Shown here in pieces: positions 25,201-35,737 of a stretch of DNA of 64,000 nucleotides. The position numbers and the translations under genes were made by a program. Each line of letters starts with the position of its first letter. Positions within the stretch are counted from its first letter, which is position 1. The notes under the pieces were generated by a model that did no database searches, had not been told where the DNA came from, and saw only the letters and a program-made list of their open reading frames with translations. Source of the DNA: Podarcis pityusensis (lineage: Eukaryota). Location of the stretch: NCBI GenBank assembly GCA_964106645.2, contig OZ067042.1; one strand, given 5' to 3'.

Positions 25201-28200
25201 TGCTCCAGGTGTGTTCTGACCAAGGCAGGATAAAAGTGTTCAATATAGATCAGTTTATAAAAAAACACATTAAGGAAATAGAAATTCTATCATCCTGAAC
25301 ACATGTGCATGATTTCTGTTCTTGTTTTGTTGCAATCCTGGAATCAGTGTCTTTTATGAAAAGCAGATTTGCCTCCTGCTTTGTCACTCGTGTCTCATTT
25401 CTAAGTTTATGCCAAAATACTCGCACGCGGTCATTAGTATGAAGTAGATTTCACCCATAACTACTTTAAAAAAGAGAAATAAATGGTGCTGCAGCTGATG
25501 TGTCCTAGCCGTTCTCTAGCTTCTAATGCATGTACATGTGCACCTCCAGAGGGTCTAAGAATAAAATATTTTTAACTTTGCAGCTTCATTGGTTTCATGT
25601 TTTCATATTATGACACCTAGGAAGGCGCCTCATCCATTGTTAGATTTGGCTGGTCCTGTATTTTCTTCTCACTGGCAGCAGCTGTCCAGATTCTCTGGCA
25701 GCGATCTTTGCCATCACCTGCTACCTAACTGTTAATTGGCAGTGCCAGGGATTAAACATTGGAATTCTGCATGCGGAGCATGCACTGTCCTATTTGAGCA
25801 ACGATGACTCCTCCAATGGATGAAATCTGTGTAATCATTTTCAATGGAGAATATATGCCTACTAAGTTAAATGACTAATGACATGCTTTTGTATTTGGTC
25901 TTTAAGCTGCTACTAGATTGTGGCTTGGGAAACGGAGGCTCCTCAGAAAGCGGCACAGAAGCCATAGTTGCACAACACAGGATCCTTATCTTCTGTCAAC
26001 TCAAGAGTATGCTGGATATAGTTGAACACGACCTTCTCAAGCCCCACTTGCCCTCTGTTACTTACCTGCGACTGGATGGCAGCATACCTGCTGGTCAGAG
26101 GCATTCCATTGTGTCAAGGTAAATCCAGTGTCAGATATATTCTAACAGAGTAGCTGTTGCATGTAGAGCTCCCACAGTTGCTGAAAGAAATGAAATCCTA
26201 TGGTTCACTTGCGTCGACTTGGAATGCATAACTCAAATGGCCCCAATGGCCTGCTTTTATGCTGGATGCGGAGGAGAGGACCTCTCATCCTTGGCATCAA
26301 GCAGTTGGTCCCTTACCTTTCCCGCCCCAATCTGGCCACAGTGATCCATGCGACAGTCACCTCCAGGCTTGACTACTGTAATTCGCTCTACACAGGGCTG
26401 CCCTTGAAGCTGTCCCAGAAACTCCAGCGGGTACAGAATGCTGCAGCGAGGCTCCTCACGGGGTCTCTGCCATGGGAGCATATTCACCCAGTGCTTTTCC
26501 AGCTGCACTGGCTCCCGGTGGAGTACAGGGTCAGATTTAAGGTGCTGGTTTTGACCTTTAAAGCCCTTCACTGCCTAGGACCCTCATACTTACAGGACCG
26601 CCTCTCCCGGTATGCCCCACAGAGGACCTTATGGTCCATAAATAGCAACACCCTAGTGGTCCTGGGCCCTAAGGAAGTTAGATTGGCTTCAACCAGAGCC
26701 AGGGCCTTTTCAGCACTGGCTCCGGCCTGGTGGAACGCTCTGTCTCATGAGACCAGAGCCCTGCAGGATCTGATTTCTTTCCGCAGGGCCTGTAAGACAG
26801 AGTTGTTTCGCCTGGCCTTTGGCTTAGAGTCAATTTGATTCCCTCCCCCTCTTTCTTTTTTCCTTTCTCCTCCTGTGAAGAGGCTGCATCTTAATGTTTT
26901 AATGTTGTATTTTAATCTTGTTTTTTAAGTTGTATTTTAATTAACTTGTTTTTATTATTGGTTGTTAGCCACCCTGAGCCCAGTCGTGGCTGGGGAGGGT
27001 GGGGTACAAATAAAATTTATTATTATTATTATAAACATGAAAATGGCATTAAGGTGAACTTATCAGCAGCAGTGGGTACTTTTCCCTCTCTTACTTTTGC
27101 AAGACAACATTTTGCTTACCAGATGTTAACTTAATGGACAGAAATTCTGCCTGGGTTCCTGACTGGAAGCCATACAAGAGTTTGCCTTCCTCTTAGCATA
27201 CTATTTTGCTTTGAACTCACATTTTGCACTCATTGCTCTTGAGTCACAATGGGTTTTGGCACTTTGTCACTGGGCAGGGATCGTAACTGGGATGAGTAGA
27301 AATTGGCTGCTCCCACAGTCCCAACCTAGAGGTGATGGCGCTATCTACAGACCCAGGTTGGTGAAGGTATTCAGAAGTAGCTCATATTGTTGACTTGTCT
27401 TAAGCTGGGTTTTCTAACCTCTTCTCCCTCCCACCTCAAGAGTTAGGCTAGAGGTGCTCTGTCAGCAGATGAGCAGTTTCTAGTGAAGCCATGGTTTCTG
27501 TCCATGCAACACCAAAGTCTCTGGAAGGTGCAAGCAATAAAGTTGTTACAGTTTTAACACAATCTAGCGTCAGTTTCTGACCTGTCTCTTTCCCTTTCTC
27601 TTCAGTCCCTCCACCCCACCAGCACTCTGTCTGCTCAGCCCTGCCATTGTGGGTTCAAGCTTTTTCTGCATATGCAACCATGTAAATCTAAACTGGCTTT
27701 TTTCATTCACAGGTTTAATAATGATCCCTCCATAGATGTCCTCTTACTCACCACTCACGTTGGTGGACTGGGCCTTAATTTAACTGGAGCTGACACAGTG
27801 GTATTTGTTGAACATGACTGGAATCCAATGAAAGACCTCCAAGCCATGGATCGAGCACATCGTATTGGACAGGTAAAACATAAATTGCTGCTGATTTGGG
27901 AGCAATTAAAACCATGTCAATAAATCCAAAATCGGTTTAAGCTTCCTAAACCAATGCCATAAATGCCATCATTCAGAGTTCGTGCTTTCAGTTTATAACC
28001 ACCATTTTATAAGATAATGGAGATGTGGAGCTGAAAGCATTAGCATAGACTAGCTAGCGAAGAGAGATTCAAGGCAAAAAGTTCTGGTTAATGCAGTCTT
28101 CGCCCTCCTCCTGAAAAAAATGTTTCTTCACTTTTCACCCTGCCCAAAAATAGATATTTGCTATTTACCAGAGAAGGGATCTCATTAACACCCAAGATAA

Positions 28201-29215
28201 TTCCTAGGAAGAAAAAATACTGTCCTAGGAAGGAAAAAAGACTATTTATGTATTCCATAATTTCTTGCAATTTATTCCATACTCCTTTAAAGGTCCTCAT
28301 TGGGGTGTGCTTCCTTTCTTTCCTCTCCACCGTTGAGCCAGGCTTGGGTTCTCTTATGCTGTGAACATTTTTGTCTTGTTCAAAACCTGGATTGAAAGTA
28401 CAGTGAAAAATTTGCTTCCAGTGACGAAGGCCTCTATTGCTTCCTTTATTTTCTATTATGGTGTAATGGAGTGTATATCGAGCGTCTTCCCCTACATCTT
28501 CTTTTACCCTGTGGTAGTTTCTTGAACGCTCACGAATATTAACTGTCTCCTGCAGAAACGAGTTGTTAATGTTTATCGCCTGATTACAAGGGGAACCTTG
28601 GAAGAAAAAATAATGGGTCTGCAGAAGTTCAAAATGAATATTGCAAATACAGTGATTAGTCAAGAGAATACTAGTCTACAAAGCATGGGGACAGATCAGC
28701 TACTTGACCTCTTCACACTCGACAAGGTAAAGAGTAGCTCGCATATGATCTGAAAGCAAGCGGCTAATGCTACCGTAGTTGTAATGCTTTGGATTAGTCA
28801 ACAATGTTGGTAAGATTTGTTGTGGAATTATAGCCATTCTCCCTTTATGCCGGAAGTCTTTCATTTCATTGATGTGAGAAAGATAAGTACCCTCTTGCTT
28901 CTGCTTGCTATCGTGTTGTAATTTGCAGAGACTGATTTAGGGTTGTTGGATCTTTTAAGTACTGATTTATGTATTTGCAGATGCTTTCTGGCTCTTAAAA
29001 TACATAGATTTCAATGTGCTTCTCTTTCTCTTTTTCTTCCACTTCACCTTCCAAATACCTTCAAGGATGGAAAAAATGAAAAATCAGATGCTGCCCCTTC
29101 TGCTTCTGGAAAAACAACTATGAAGTCCGTTCTTGAGAATCTTGGAGACCTGTGGGATCAAGAACAGTATGACTCCGAATATAGTCTTGAAAAATTTATG
29201 CATTCACTCAAATGA
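1173..29215 (+). CDS. BTAF1: BTAF1 (TBP-associated factor 172 / Mot1 ortholog), spliced CDS of 36 exons, 5' end outside the window
   Basis: The exons listed separately join in frame to 5400 nt (1799 aa + stop). They encode N-terminal HEAT repeats ([36 protein letters not shown]), Snf2 ATPase motifs ([49 protein letters not shown]) and the C-terminus [11 protein letters not shown]. Adjacency to CPEB3 matches known amniote synteny. Exon numbers are inferred from the 38-exon human gene. Confidence 0.98.
1663..1809 (+). CDS. BTAF1: BTAF1 exon ~4
   Basis: AG/GT; [25 protein letters not shown]. Confidence 0.93.
2869..3032 (+). CDS. BTAF1: BTAF1 exon ~5
   Basis: [24 protein letters not shown]...KQP; in-frame donor GTAGGT at 3033. 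Confidence 0.9.
3447..3583 (+). CDS. BTAF1: BTAF1 exon ~6
   Basis: [26 protein letters not shown]. Confidence 0.93.
3621..3975 (+). mobile_element. Sauria SINE, full length
   Basis: tRNA-like head (GGTTCAAATCCC B box), typical body, (ACCTTT)n tail; 11-bp TSD CCATTATAATA at 3610-3620 and 3976-3986. Confidence 0.92.
4000..4136. mobile_element. Degraded hAT-type MITE related to the 32761 element
   Basis: CCTTCCAGATGTTT..GACTA..TTCCCATCA and GAAGTTGTAGTCCCAAACA blocks; similar remnants near 41300-41423 and 63839-63878. Confidence 0.6.
4967..5078 (+). CDS. BTAF1: BTAF1 exon ~7
   Basis: [18 protein letters not shown]...MPEE. Confidence 0.9.
5197..5265 (+). CDS. BTAF1: BTAF1 exon ~8
   Basis: [23 protein letters not shown]. 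Confidence 0.93.
5713..5952 (-). mobile_element. Sauria SINE, 5'-truncated
   Basis: Reverse complement of the 3' two-thirds of the 3621 copy; TSD CAA(C/T)CTCACTATA at 5700-5712 and 5953-5965. Confidence 0.9.
6375..6464 (+). CDS. BTAF1: BTAF1 exon ~9
   Basis: [21 protein letters not shown]. Confidence 0.93.
6924..7019 (+). CDS. BTAF1: BTAF1 exon ~10
   Basis: [25 protein letters not shown]. Confidence 0.94.
7121..7297 (+). CDS. BTAF1: BTAF1 exon ~11
   Basis: [14 protein letters not shown]...[19 protein letters not shown]. Confidence 0.94.
8186..8326 (+). CDS. BTAF1: BTAF1 exon ~12
   Basis: [20 protein letters not shown]. Confidence 0.94.
8455..8579 (+). CDS. BTAF1: BTAF1 exon ~13
   Basis: [26 protein letters not shown]. 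Confidence 0.93.
8784..8904 (+). CDS. BTAF1: BTAF1 exon ~14
   Basis: [24 protein letters not shown]. Confidence 0.93.
9353..9457 (+). CDS. BTAF1: BTAF1 exon ~15
   Basis: [24 protein letters not shown]. Confidence 0.92.
9744..9893 (+). CDS. BTAF1: BTAF1 exon ~16
   Basis: [32 protein letters not shown]. Confidence 0.94.
10332..10474 (+). CDS. BTAF1: BTAF1 exon ~17
   Basis: [10 protein letters not shown]...VMRARMMAA. Confidence 0.92.
10627..10801 (+). CDS. BTAF1: BTAF1 exon ~18
   Basis: [11 protein letters not shown]...[10 protein letters not shown]. Confidence 0.93.
11296..11499 (+). CDS. BTAF1: BTAF1 exon ~19
   Basis: [24 protein letters not shown]. Confidence 0.94.
12054..12283. mobile_element. 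Tc1/mariner (Tigger-like) MITE
   Basis: TIRs CAGTGGAACCTCGGGTT...AACCCGAGATACCACTG with TA TSDs. Confidence 0.88.
12947..13373 (+). CDS. BTAF1: BTAF1 exon ~20
   Basis: [21 protein letters not shown]. Confidence 0.94.
14362..14552 (+). CDS. BTAF1: BTAF1 exon ~21
   Basis: [26 protein letters not shown]. Confidence 0.92.
15464..15617 (+). CDS. BTAF1: BTAF1 exon ~22
   Basis: [16 protein letters not shown]...LPHLWD. Confidence 0.93.
15699..15808 (+). CDS. BTAF1: BTAF1 exon ~23
   Basis: [20 protein letters not shown]. Confidence 0.92.
16802..17003 (+). CDS. BTAF1: BTAF1 exon ~24
   Basis: [18 protein letters not shown]...EGAIEALA; followed by U12 donor GTATCCTTT. Confidence 0.94.
17004..18485 (+). 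other. U12-type (minor spliceosome) GT-AG intron of BTAF1
   Basis: 5' site GTATCCTTT (17004-17012), branch box TCCTTAAT (18467-18474) about 10 nt before the AG, no polypyrimidine tract; the junction restores the frame (T|GT = Cys). Confidence 0.92.
18486..18634 (+). CDS. BTAF1: BTAF1 exon ~25
   Basis: [19 protein letters not shown]...LMPLE. Confidence 0.94.
19600..19853. mobile_element. Tc2/mariner-type MITE next to a CR1 3' fragment (~19522-19596)
   Basis: TIRs CCATATTGGTCCGAATATAAGCC / GGCTTATATTCAGGCCAATATGG, TA TSD. Confidence 0.85.
20225..20377 (+). CDS. BTAF1: BTAF1 exon ~26
   Basis: AGIPDPP...[10 protein letters not shown]. Confidence 0.94.
20618..20859. mobile_element. Tc1/mariner (Tigger-like) MITE, family A copy 1
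   Basis: TIR CAGTGGTACCT(C/T)GGGTTA, TA TSD; closely similar to the copies at 35524 and 42833. Confidence 0.9.
21431..21552 (+). CDS. BTAF1: BTAF1 exon ~27
   Basis: Walker A region [15 protein letters not shown]. Confidence 0.95.
21649..21816 (+). CDS. BTAF1: BTAF1 exon ~28
   Basis: [19 protein letters not shown]. Confidence 0.94.
21969..22046 (+). CDS. BTAF1: BTAF1 exon ~29
   Basis: [17 protein letters not shown]. Confidence 0.93.
22135..22264 (+). CDS. BTAF1: BTAF1 exon ~30
   Basis: [12 protein letters not shown]...LSGTPIQ. Confidence 0.95.
22357..22498 (+). CDS. BTAF1: BTAF1 exon ~31
   Basis: [21 protein letters not shown]. Confidence 0.94.
22643..22773 (+). CDS. BTAF1: BTAF1 exon ~32 (followed by a GC donor)
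   Basis: [28 protein letters not shown]...SPLQ|GCAAGT. Confidence 0.92.
23398..23772 (-). mobile_element. Sauria SINE (diverged or different subfamily)
   Basis: Shares GGTCATGTGGCCAGCATGACTAA, TTCGAACC and GGGAGCTCACCCC blocks with the other copies. Confidence 0.88.
23870..23995 (+). CDS. BTAF1: BTAF1 exon ~33
   Basis: [13 protein letters not shown]...GHVFQ. Confidence 0.93.
24480..24632 (+). CDS. BTAF1: BTAF1 exon ~34
   Basis: [15 protein letters not shown]...APKLSALKQ. Confidence 0.94.
24750..25232 (-). mobile_element. CR1 LINE 3' fragment
   Basis: Typical CR1 3' end (GGTCATCTGGTCCAACCCCCTGC...); the ORF-track minus peptide [18 protein letters not shown] resembles the CR1 ORF2 end; short sibling tails at ~19522-19596 and ~36348-36425. 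Confidence 0.82.
25907..26118 (+). CDS. BTAF1: BTAF1 exon ~35
   Basis: LLLDCGLG...[10 protein letters not shown]...YLRLDGS. Confidence 0.95.
26283..27032 (+). mobile_element. L2-clade LINE, 5'-truncated (end of ORF2 + 3' UTR + (TTA)n tail)
   Basis: ORF 26200-26838 encodes the canonical L2 C-terminus [16 protein letters not shown]...[12 protein letters not shown]...[20 protein letters not shown]; ends in AATAAA followed by (TTA)n. Confidence 0.9.
27713..27872 (+). CDS. BTAF1: BTAF1 exon ~36
   Basis: [27 protein letters not shown]...RAHRIGQ. Confidence 0.95.
28556..28726 (+). CDS. BTAF1: BTAF1 exon ~37
   Basis: [26 protein letters not shown]. Confidence 0.95.
29066..29215 (+). CDS. BTAF1: BTAF1 last coding exon (~38)
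   Basis: [30 protein letters not shown] at 29213-29215. Confidence 0.94.
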   Translation, partial: DGKNEKSDAAPSASGKTTMKSVLENLGDLWDQEQYDSEYSLEKFMHSLK

Positions 29216-31380
29216 CCATTTTAATACAGTGGTTGCTAGTTGACATTTTCAGCTGATATTCAGCAACTCTCAAAGCAATTATAGTGGACTTCAAGCATAA
29301 CATGTAAATATACTTGTGGAAAAATTATGAGAAAGGGCTGGCATTTTGAACAGAGCCGCCTTTGTCACTTTGGGATAGTTAAAGTCTTAAATACTTGCAT
29401 TATACAAAACCTCTAAATGTAAACTTACTGTAAGGTAGTTCTGAATTTCCAGAATAGCTACAGATTCTTATTTGATAGAAAAATAAAACAGGTCTTAACA
29501 GGTTTTGCACATGTTGATAAGTGTTACTTCTCTTTTGAAATATGCCTGTTGCTCCCTCTTCCCTCAAGCTGCAGTAATTTGTACAGAGTGTTTGAGTATT
29601 TAACTAGTTTGTTCTTTTAAACCTCACTTTAGCTAACTTTCATAGTATACTTTAAGAATGTTTAGTCTAACAAGTTAGAATGAGGTTTAGATCTCTTCAG
29701 GATATATACATTGATAGAATAATGGCGAAGCCTATCACTCTGGAAGAATATTAGGGAATTAAATGAAACTTCAAGTATTAAAGTTCTCAACTTTATATTT
29801 AAGTATGTGGTGCTCTTCAGTCTTCTGACATTTTGAGAGCAGTTGACTTTTTCATAGGAATTGCAGGTAATGGCTTATTTTAGGCCATTTCCACATCCTG
29901 TTTAGAGGGTGCCATTTTTAAAGTTTGTGTGTGTACATATCTATATGTATATATGTGTGGCTAGCACATAGCCCAGTTAAGAAAGCAATTGTATGAAGTA
30001 GACTTCAATCCTATTTTTTTTTAACCAAAAGAGCAAATATATAAACAGAGTTTTTCTAGCAGTAGATCTTATAAAATTGAGGTTCCATGCTAGAAAGACT
30101 CTCTAATGCATGAACCTCTTAAGTGAAAGAGGGAAGAAGCTTTGAGGTCCAGAGAGGTAGTCTATTTAGAAATGCCTTCAGGGCATCAGAGGAAAAGAAG
30201 TATTTACAAGCTGAAATCATGTAACAAATTTTAGGAAGCTTTAATAACAGAGTAAGAATAACAAGAGTTGTACATTTTTTTTAAAAAAAGTGTCTTCTAA
30301 AAGGGAGTCAGTAGTGACATATGTCTGTGCATAGATGTGCATGTCTGTACCAAACGTGGACACGGTTTTCTAAATATATTAAAGGCAAACCTACATAAGC
30401 TGTCAGAATGCATACATGAAATATATGTTTAGTTGTCATATCTAGGGTTGGCGCTTGCTGTTCAATTCAGCATCGGAGCTTGAATAGCCATGAGATTTCA
30501 ACAACATAAAGAGATGGTTTTAAATGTTGACTTACAGAGCAAGGTCATTTTGCAGCACTTGCATATGAATGGACGTGTGTCAGATTTCAGTAGATATATG
30601 AACTGCCATACTGTAACATTAAATTAGCATTCCGTAAAAAAAAAAAAATTAAAAAAGCCAAACTGGCATTAATCATCCCGTTATATATCTCATGTAGTTC
30701 TTTCTGTATATTTGGTCATAAACCTGACAGCTGCATGGAAAAAATAAAATAAAATTGGCATTTCTCTGGATGAATGCTTTGTGGGGGAAATGCAGCTGGT
30801 TTCCTGGCGCTGAACACTTACAAGATTGTGTGATCTGGTTTTTCTATTAAATGGCTGAGGAAAATCACACTATGACACAGATCTATCTACTGCTATTTCA
30901 GCAGAGGATTTTAATGACTGATCTTGGTATCCATCCTGTCTGTCCTCGCAGGCTAATTCAGCTTCTTATGAAAATGCCTGATGAAGAAATTGGGCAGCAT
31001 AAAGCATGCATATAGTTATCAGTTGTACTTTGAGATAAATGTCTGGCTTCTACTAGAATATGTGTGCACAAATTTAGGTCTACTCTTTATATCTAGGTTT
31101 TATTTGGACTGTACATTTTAGGACAATACAAATTATCTTCTTTCACCTCCCTGAAATGTTGTCAAACGCCATCTCTCTCTCCCACCCCCCTGTCTCTCAC
31201 ACACGCTGCTACTAACCTCTTTTGCCACCTTTCAGCAAGAGCTTATCCTCTGCAGTGTATTTAGAAATGATGAGCTTATTTGGTTATGCTTCTTGTCACC
31301 ATCCTTTATAGTTGCTGGCAGCCATTGTAGGTAGCCCTGGCTATTTATAGAATCAATAAACACTGCCTGCATTTTTTTGA
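29216..31380 (+). other. Probable BTAF1 3' UTR
   Basis: Repeat-free AU-rich tract after the stop, with AATAAA near 29482, near 30743 and at 31355-31360; the end point is inferred. Confidence 0.5.
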
Positions 31381-32760
31381 TGTTAACTAGGTAACTTGTG
31401 TTGGTCCCTGGTCGTGAATTGTAAGTGAGCTGTGCTTCTTGTATGTGTACAGATCATTAACGTTCAATGGGAGATCACTTCTCTGCATAGAGATGTGTGA
31501 GCTCTTCCCATATTTGGAATACATCATGGCGGTTTGTAGAGGGGTTAACTCAGTTTCAGTAGCTAAATGTGTTCAAAACAAGGAAATAAGTTTACTGCTG
31601 TGTTCATGCTGCTGTGTGCTGTCCCTCTGGCCCAAGCAGTCAGATGCAGAACCACCAGATTTAGGTGTGTGTGTGCTTTTAATTTGGAAGTATAAGCAAC
31701 TTTGTAGTAAAATATACAAGTGGTGCATAAGTGGAAGCAAGCAGGCAGGCAGTCTTCTCAAGCAGGTCCTCAAAGAGCATCTTGAGCTATTCCTCCATTT
31801 TCAGCTAACTCCAGCTTGAAACACTTGACTTCTTCTCTTCTGTTTTCTTCCAAACTACCTACTCTGCTTTCTGTGTTTTCTCTTTCCCCCATATACAATT
31901 CACATCAAAACCTGATTCATTTAAAAACACTGAAAGATCCCAAACTGCCAGGAGACCATCTCCTTCTAGATGCTAAGCAATTGCCCCTGATGACTTATTG
32001 ATGTTCAGTTTATCAGCAATTTACCTAACAAAAGAATAGTCAGCCAAAAACCATTAACCCCTAAAATGAACATCAAATCTCTGGATTATACCTGTGATCT
32101 TAAAAATGTTTACATACCTTGTTAAATGAGCTCTGTTAAGAATCGGTATGAATATTGGGAGGGAGCTGAAAAGTTTTGTGTGTGTTTATTTTAGGGCTGC
32201 TGTATGGAAGATTAGACTCCTTTTTAGGAAGATGTTTAGATGTCACTTTCTGCATTGTAAGGATTACTGTAAATTGTTCCCATCTGTGTCTGTTAGGAAG
32301 TAAATCTCATTGAGCTCAGTCAGACATATTCAAGTAAGGATGTATAAACCCGCACTCTTAATGTGGTAAATGGGAAGAGATGTCTAGGGGCATGTAGTCC
32401 TCTGGAAGCTACAAAATATGGGTAGGAAGCATTGTGGAAGCTGCTATACTATGGGGCGAAGAAAACAGCACACTGGCACTCACAGCAGCAGCTACCTTGG
32501 CCTTAATTCAAGAAGTGAAGGTGGGATTAAATGCTGGAATACGGAAACCATAAGGTTAGAAAGCAGAGGCTTCCCACTCATAAAATAAAATAGGCTATAG
32601 CTGTCGTCTAGCTATAAAATGCCTCCAGCATCCCTAAGTAACATTGACTTATCAGTTCATCACCTTTATTACAGTTTACTAGTCAATTGGGTGGTTTGTA
32701 AACCAGTCAAACACAGTAAAATATGTACATGATCAGCATTTAAGCTTCAAGTATTTACAG

Positions 32761-32896
32761 CAGGCATAGGCAAACTCGGCCCTTCAGATGTTTTGGGACT
32801 ACAACTCCCATTATCACTAACCCCTGGTCCTGTTAGCTAGGGATGATGGGGGTTGTAGTCCCAAAACATCTGGAGGGCCGAGTTTGCCTATGCCTG
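32761..32896. mobile_element. hAT-type MITE (136-bp near-perfect palindrome)
   Basis: Long TIRs CAGGCATAGGCAAACTCGGCCC...GGGCCGAGTTTGCCTATGCCTG; exact 8-bp TSD ATTTACAG. Confidence 0.93.
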
Positions 32897-34174
32897 ATTT
32901 ACAGCATAAACTATCTGATGATACCTTAAATATATGTGCTCTGAGAGAAAAATGCCGTTAAATAGTAGGCTACTTCCAAAAGGTGTACCAAACTGTCTTG
33001 GATAACCCACAGTTGCTATTTATACATTACACTTATTTTAGTACATTGGTTGTCATTGGCATTGCTGTGCTTCTGTTACAACACCCACGGGAGTGAGGTA
33101 AATATTAATGATGGCTATTGTTTAAGCTCTAGTTCTAGCAAAGTTCTGCATCAACCTGCTTTAAAATGCCATGAGACCTTAAACCTGGCAATTTTATTTC
33201 TATAGTAACCCAGTGAGTCACTTTGCAGAGGCTTTAGGCTGTCCACGTTGTGATTTACAGGCATGAATTTCCTATTTGAATGGCCAAAAGGTGGTGTTGA
33301 GGGTACTGCTTAGCTCCATGGTGTTAAATTTCTATTATCCCACTGCTATTTAATTCCTGCATGAAATTGTTGAGTGAACTCATCAAGAGTGTTGGAATGT
33401 GGTACCATCAAATATGCAGATTATCCCCCCTGCCCCCCTTCAAAAAATAAATCCTAATTTTTCATCTTGTTCAAATGAGGCAGTAGAAATGCCAAACCAG
33501 CGTTTGGGCTCAGTAAGAGACTGAAGAACTGTCAACAAACTGAAACTCAGTCCTGATTATCAAAACTCAGTTTGGCTTATGTATTTTGTGGTTTTATGTT
33601 CTGACTTTATCCTTTGAACCAGCCTGAGACCTGCAGATATAGGGCGGTATACAAATTTAATAGCCGCAGCAGCAACCACAACATCTGAATTCATTTCCTT
33701 TTCGATGTCATTTGTTTACTACTACAGGCCAATGTGGCTGTTTCAGAGGCAAATGAAATGTTTTCTTCCCCCTTAGCGGATGACTGCTCAAGTCTTCCTA
33801 CAAGACTAATATCCCTGGTGGTCTTTTGAAGGCGCTAAATGACATTTGCTGTGATCATCTTGGCCTCGGTTTTTCATCAGCCAGAGGAGCTGTTTATAGC
33901 CTCATTTTTCCTCCATGGCAAAGTCTCTTAATTAGTGCCCCATGATGATTAGGCCTTGTGCATGCAACCTACTAAGCACCATGCAAATGAGGAATCCTTC
34001 CCTACCTTCTTTTTTCTCCTCCTTGGGCTTGATTTGTTTTACACAGCTGCCTGTTGGTGCAAGTCCAACATTTCATTTTGCCAGCAGCAGCTCTGCAGGT
34101 TAGGTTGTAGAAAGCAGATCACCCGGCAGCATTCTAGAGCCGACGTCGACTGCTTTTACATGATCTTACAGGCA

Positions 34175-34292
34175 AATGCCATAGCTCAATGGCAGTACGC
34201 ATGCAAAATGTCCCAGGTTCAAATCCCCAGGTAGGGCTAGGAATGCCTCTGTCTGAAATTCTGGAGAGCTGCTGCCAGTGACAACAGTACAA
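34175..34292 (+). mobile_element. tRNA-derived squamate SINE fragment
   Basis: A box GCCATAGCTCAATGG, B box GGTTCAAATCCC, body CTGGAGAGCTGCTGCCAGT; a related minus-strand copy lies at ~25670-25805. Confidence 0.6.
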
Positions 34293-35523
34293 TAAGTTTG
34301 AAACTTGGAAAATCATCTTTTAATGCAAGGAGGGCACACAAATCATTTTGAAGGCCTCTCGTTTTTTAACTTGAGGGAACCCTTTATAACCTTGCCTAGA
34401 AATAAGCATTGTTAGAATCTTGGCTTAAACCATTCCGCTAACTCTGCTTCCCCGTCCACACTAATATTGTGCTGTGGACATCGCTAAACGTGGGCGGTCT
34501 GGGTTTTCTACTATACTTAAAAGGACCTTTAGAATTGTTGCTGAATAACGAATAATCTGATCGGTGAGAGAAGTGGAGAGATGATTCAGCAAACTTGCAG
34601 ACAGAACAGTAGCTGCTTCAAAGATGTGAAGGGACATCATGACTCAGGAGGGTCAAGGTGAGTGGGTTGTCATGGTAACAATGCCCCGTCCTCCTCTGTG
34701 ATCTCTAGCTGCAGGTTTAAATTTATTTAATTTAAGCCCGAAGGAAGTATTGGTTGGTGGTTGCCTGTCTGGCTGCTGCAGGTAAACAAAGTTAGGCTCC
34801 CTTGCACCACTCCTCAGTTCAAGGGAAGGAGGAACAAGGCTGGTATTTCTCCCCCATGGCTGTTTTTGATAGGCTTGTGCAGGCCTTAGAAGTTTGTACA
34901 CCAGCATGAGCAAGAATTGCCAGCTGCAGGTATTCTAATCCGCCTGCGGGACTGACAATGTACAGGTCTAACCTAACAGCACAGGTGGGAAGATGTTTTT
35001 TACATCTTACGTGGCAGGTATTTTGATGAGCTTAAAGAGATTTTCCATTTCAATTACTTCTCAGCAGCAGTGCCAGATAGGAACAGTATTGGCATGAGAG
35101 AGACAGAAGGGGAGCTTATCGCTCGAGAGTTGTGCTGAAACTGCTCAGCCACTAATTAAGTTTACAAAAGCTGTTTGAATTCACTGGAATGCAGCTGGAG
35201 GCAACCTGAAGCAGCCAGGCAGGGTGCTTTCCCTGCCATCAAAGTGTTGAAATCGGAAATGAGTTGAGGCAGCAGCTGATGCCATTGGGATAAAGCTTAG
35301 CAGTGTTCAGTAGCCATCTCAAAGCTCGGGCAGGAGAAAGAAAGATGGGCTGACTAAACAAGAGGCAATAAAATTGTATGTAATCAATTTGAACTGAAGT
35401 GTGGAGGACGAAATATCAGGGAACTTGAGCTCCTGTGTCAGTATCAAACTTCATTCCGCTCACAGAACAGCATAAGATAAAACATACAGATAAGACAAAA
35501 CAGGTAAGGAATAAAAACTAGTA

Positions 35524-35735
35524 CAGTGGTACCTCGGGTTACATATGCTTCAGGTTACAGACTCCGCTAACCCAGTAATATTACCTCGGGTTAAGAACTT
35601 TGCTTCAGGATGAGAACAGAAATGGCGCGGCAGCGGGAGGCCCCATTAGCTAAAGTGGTGCTTCAGGTTAAGAACAGTTTCAGGTTAAGAACGGACCTCC
35701 GGAACGAATTAAGTTCTTAACCCGAGGTACCACTG
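35524..35735. mobile_element. Tc1/mariner MITE, family A copy 2
   Basis: Perfect TIRs CAGTGGTACCTCGGGTTA / TAACCCGAGGTACCACTG, TA TSD. Confidence 0.92.
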
Positions 35736-35737
35736 TA

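Noticed and set aside
28088-28663. 191-aa antisense ORF over a BTAF1 exon, and similar antisense ORFs
   Set aside because: No recognisable domains; by-products of exon and intron composition.
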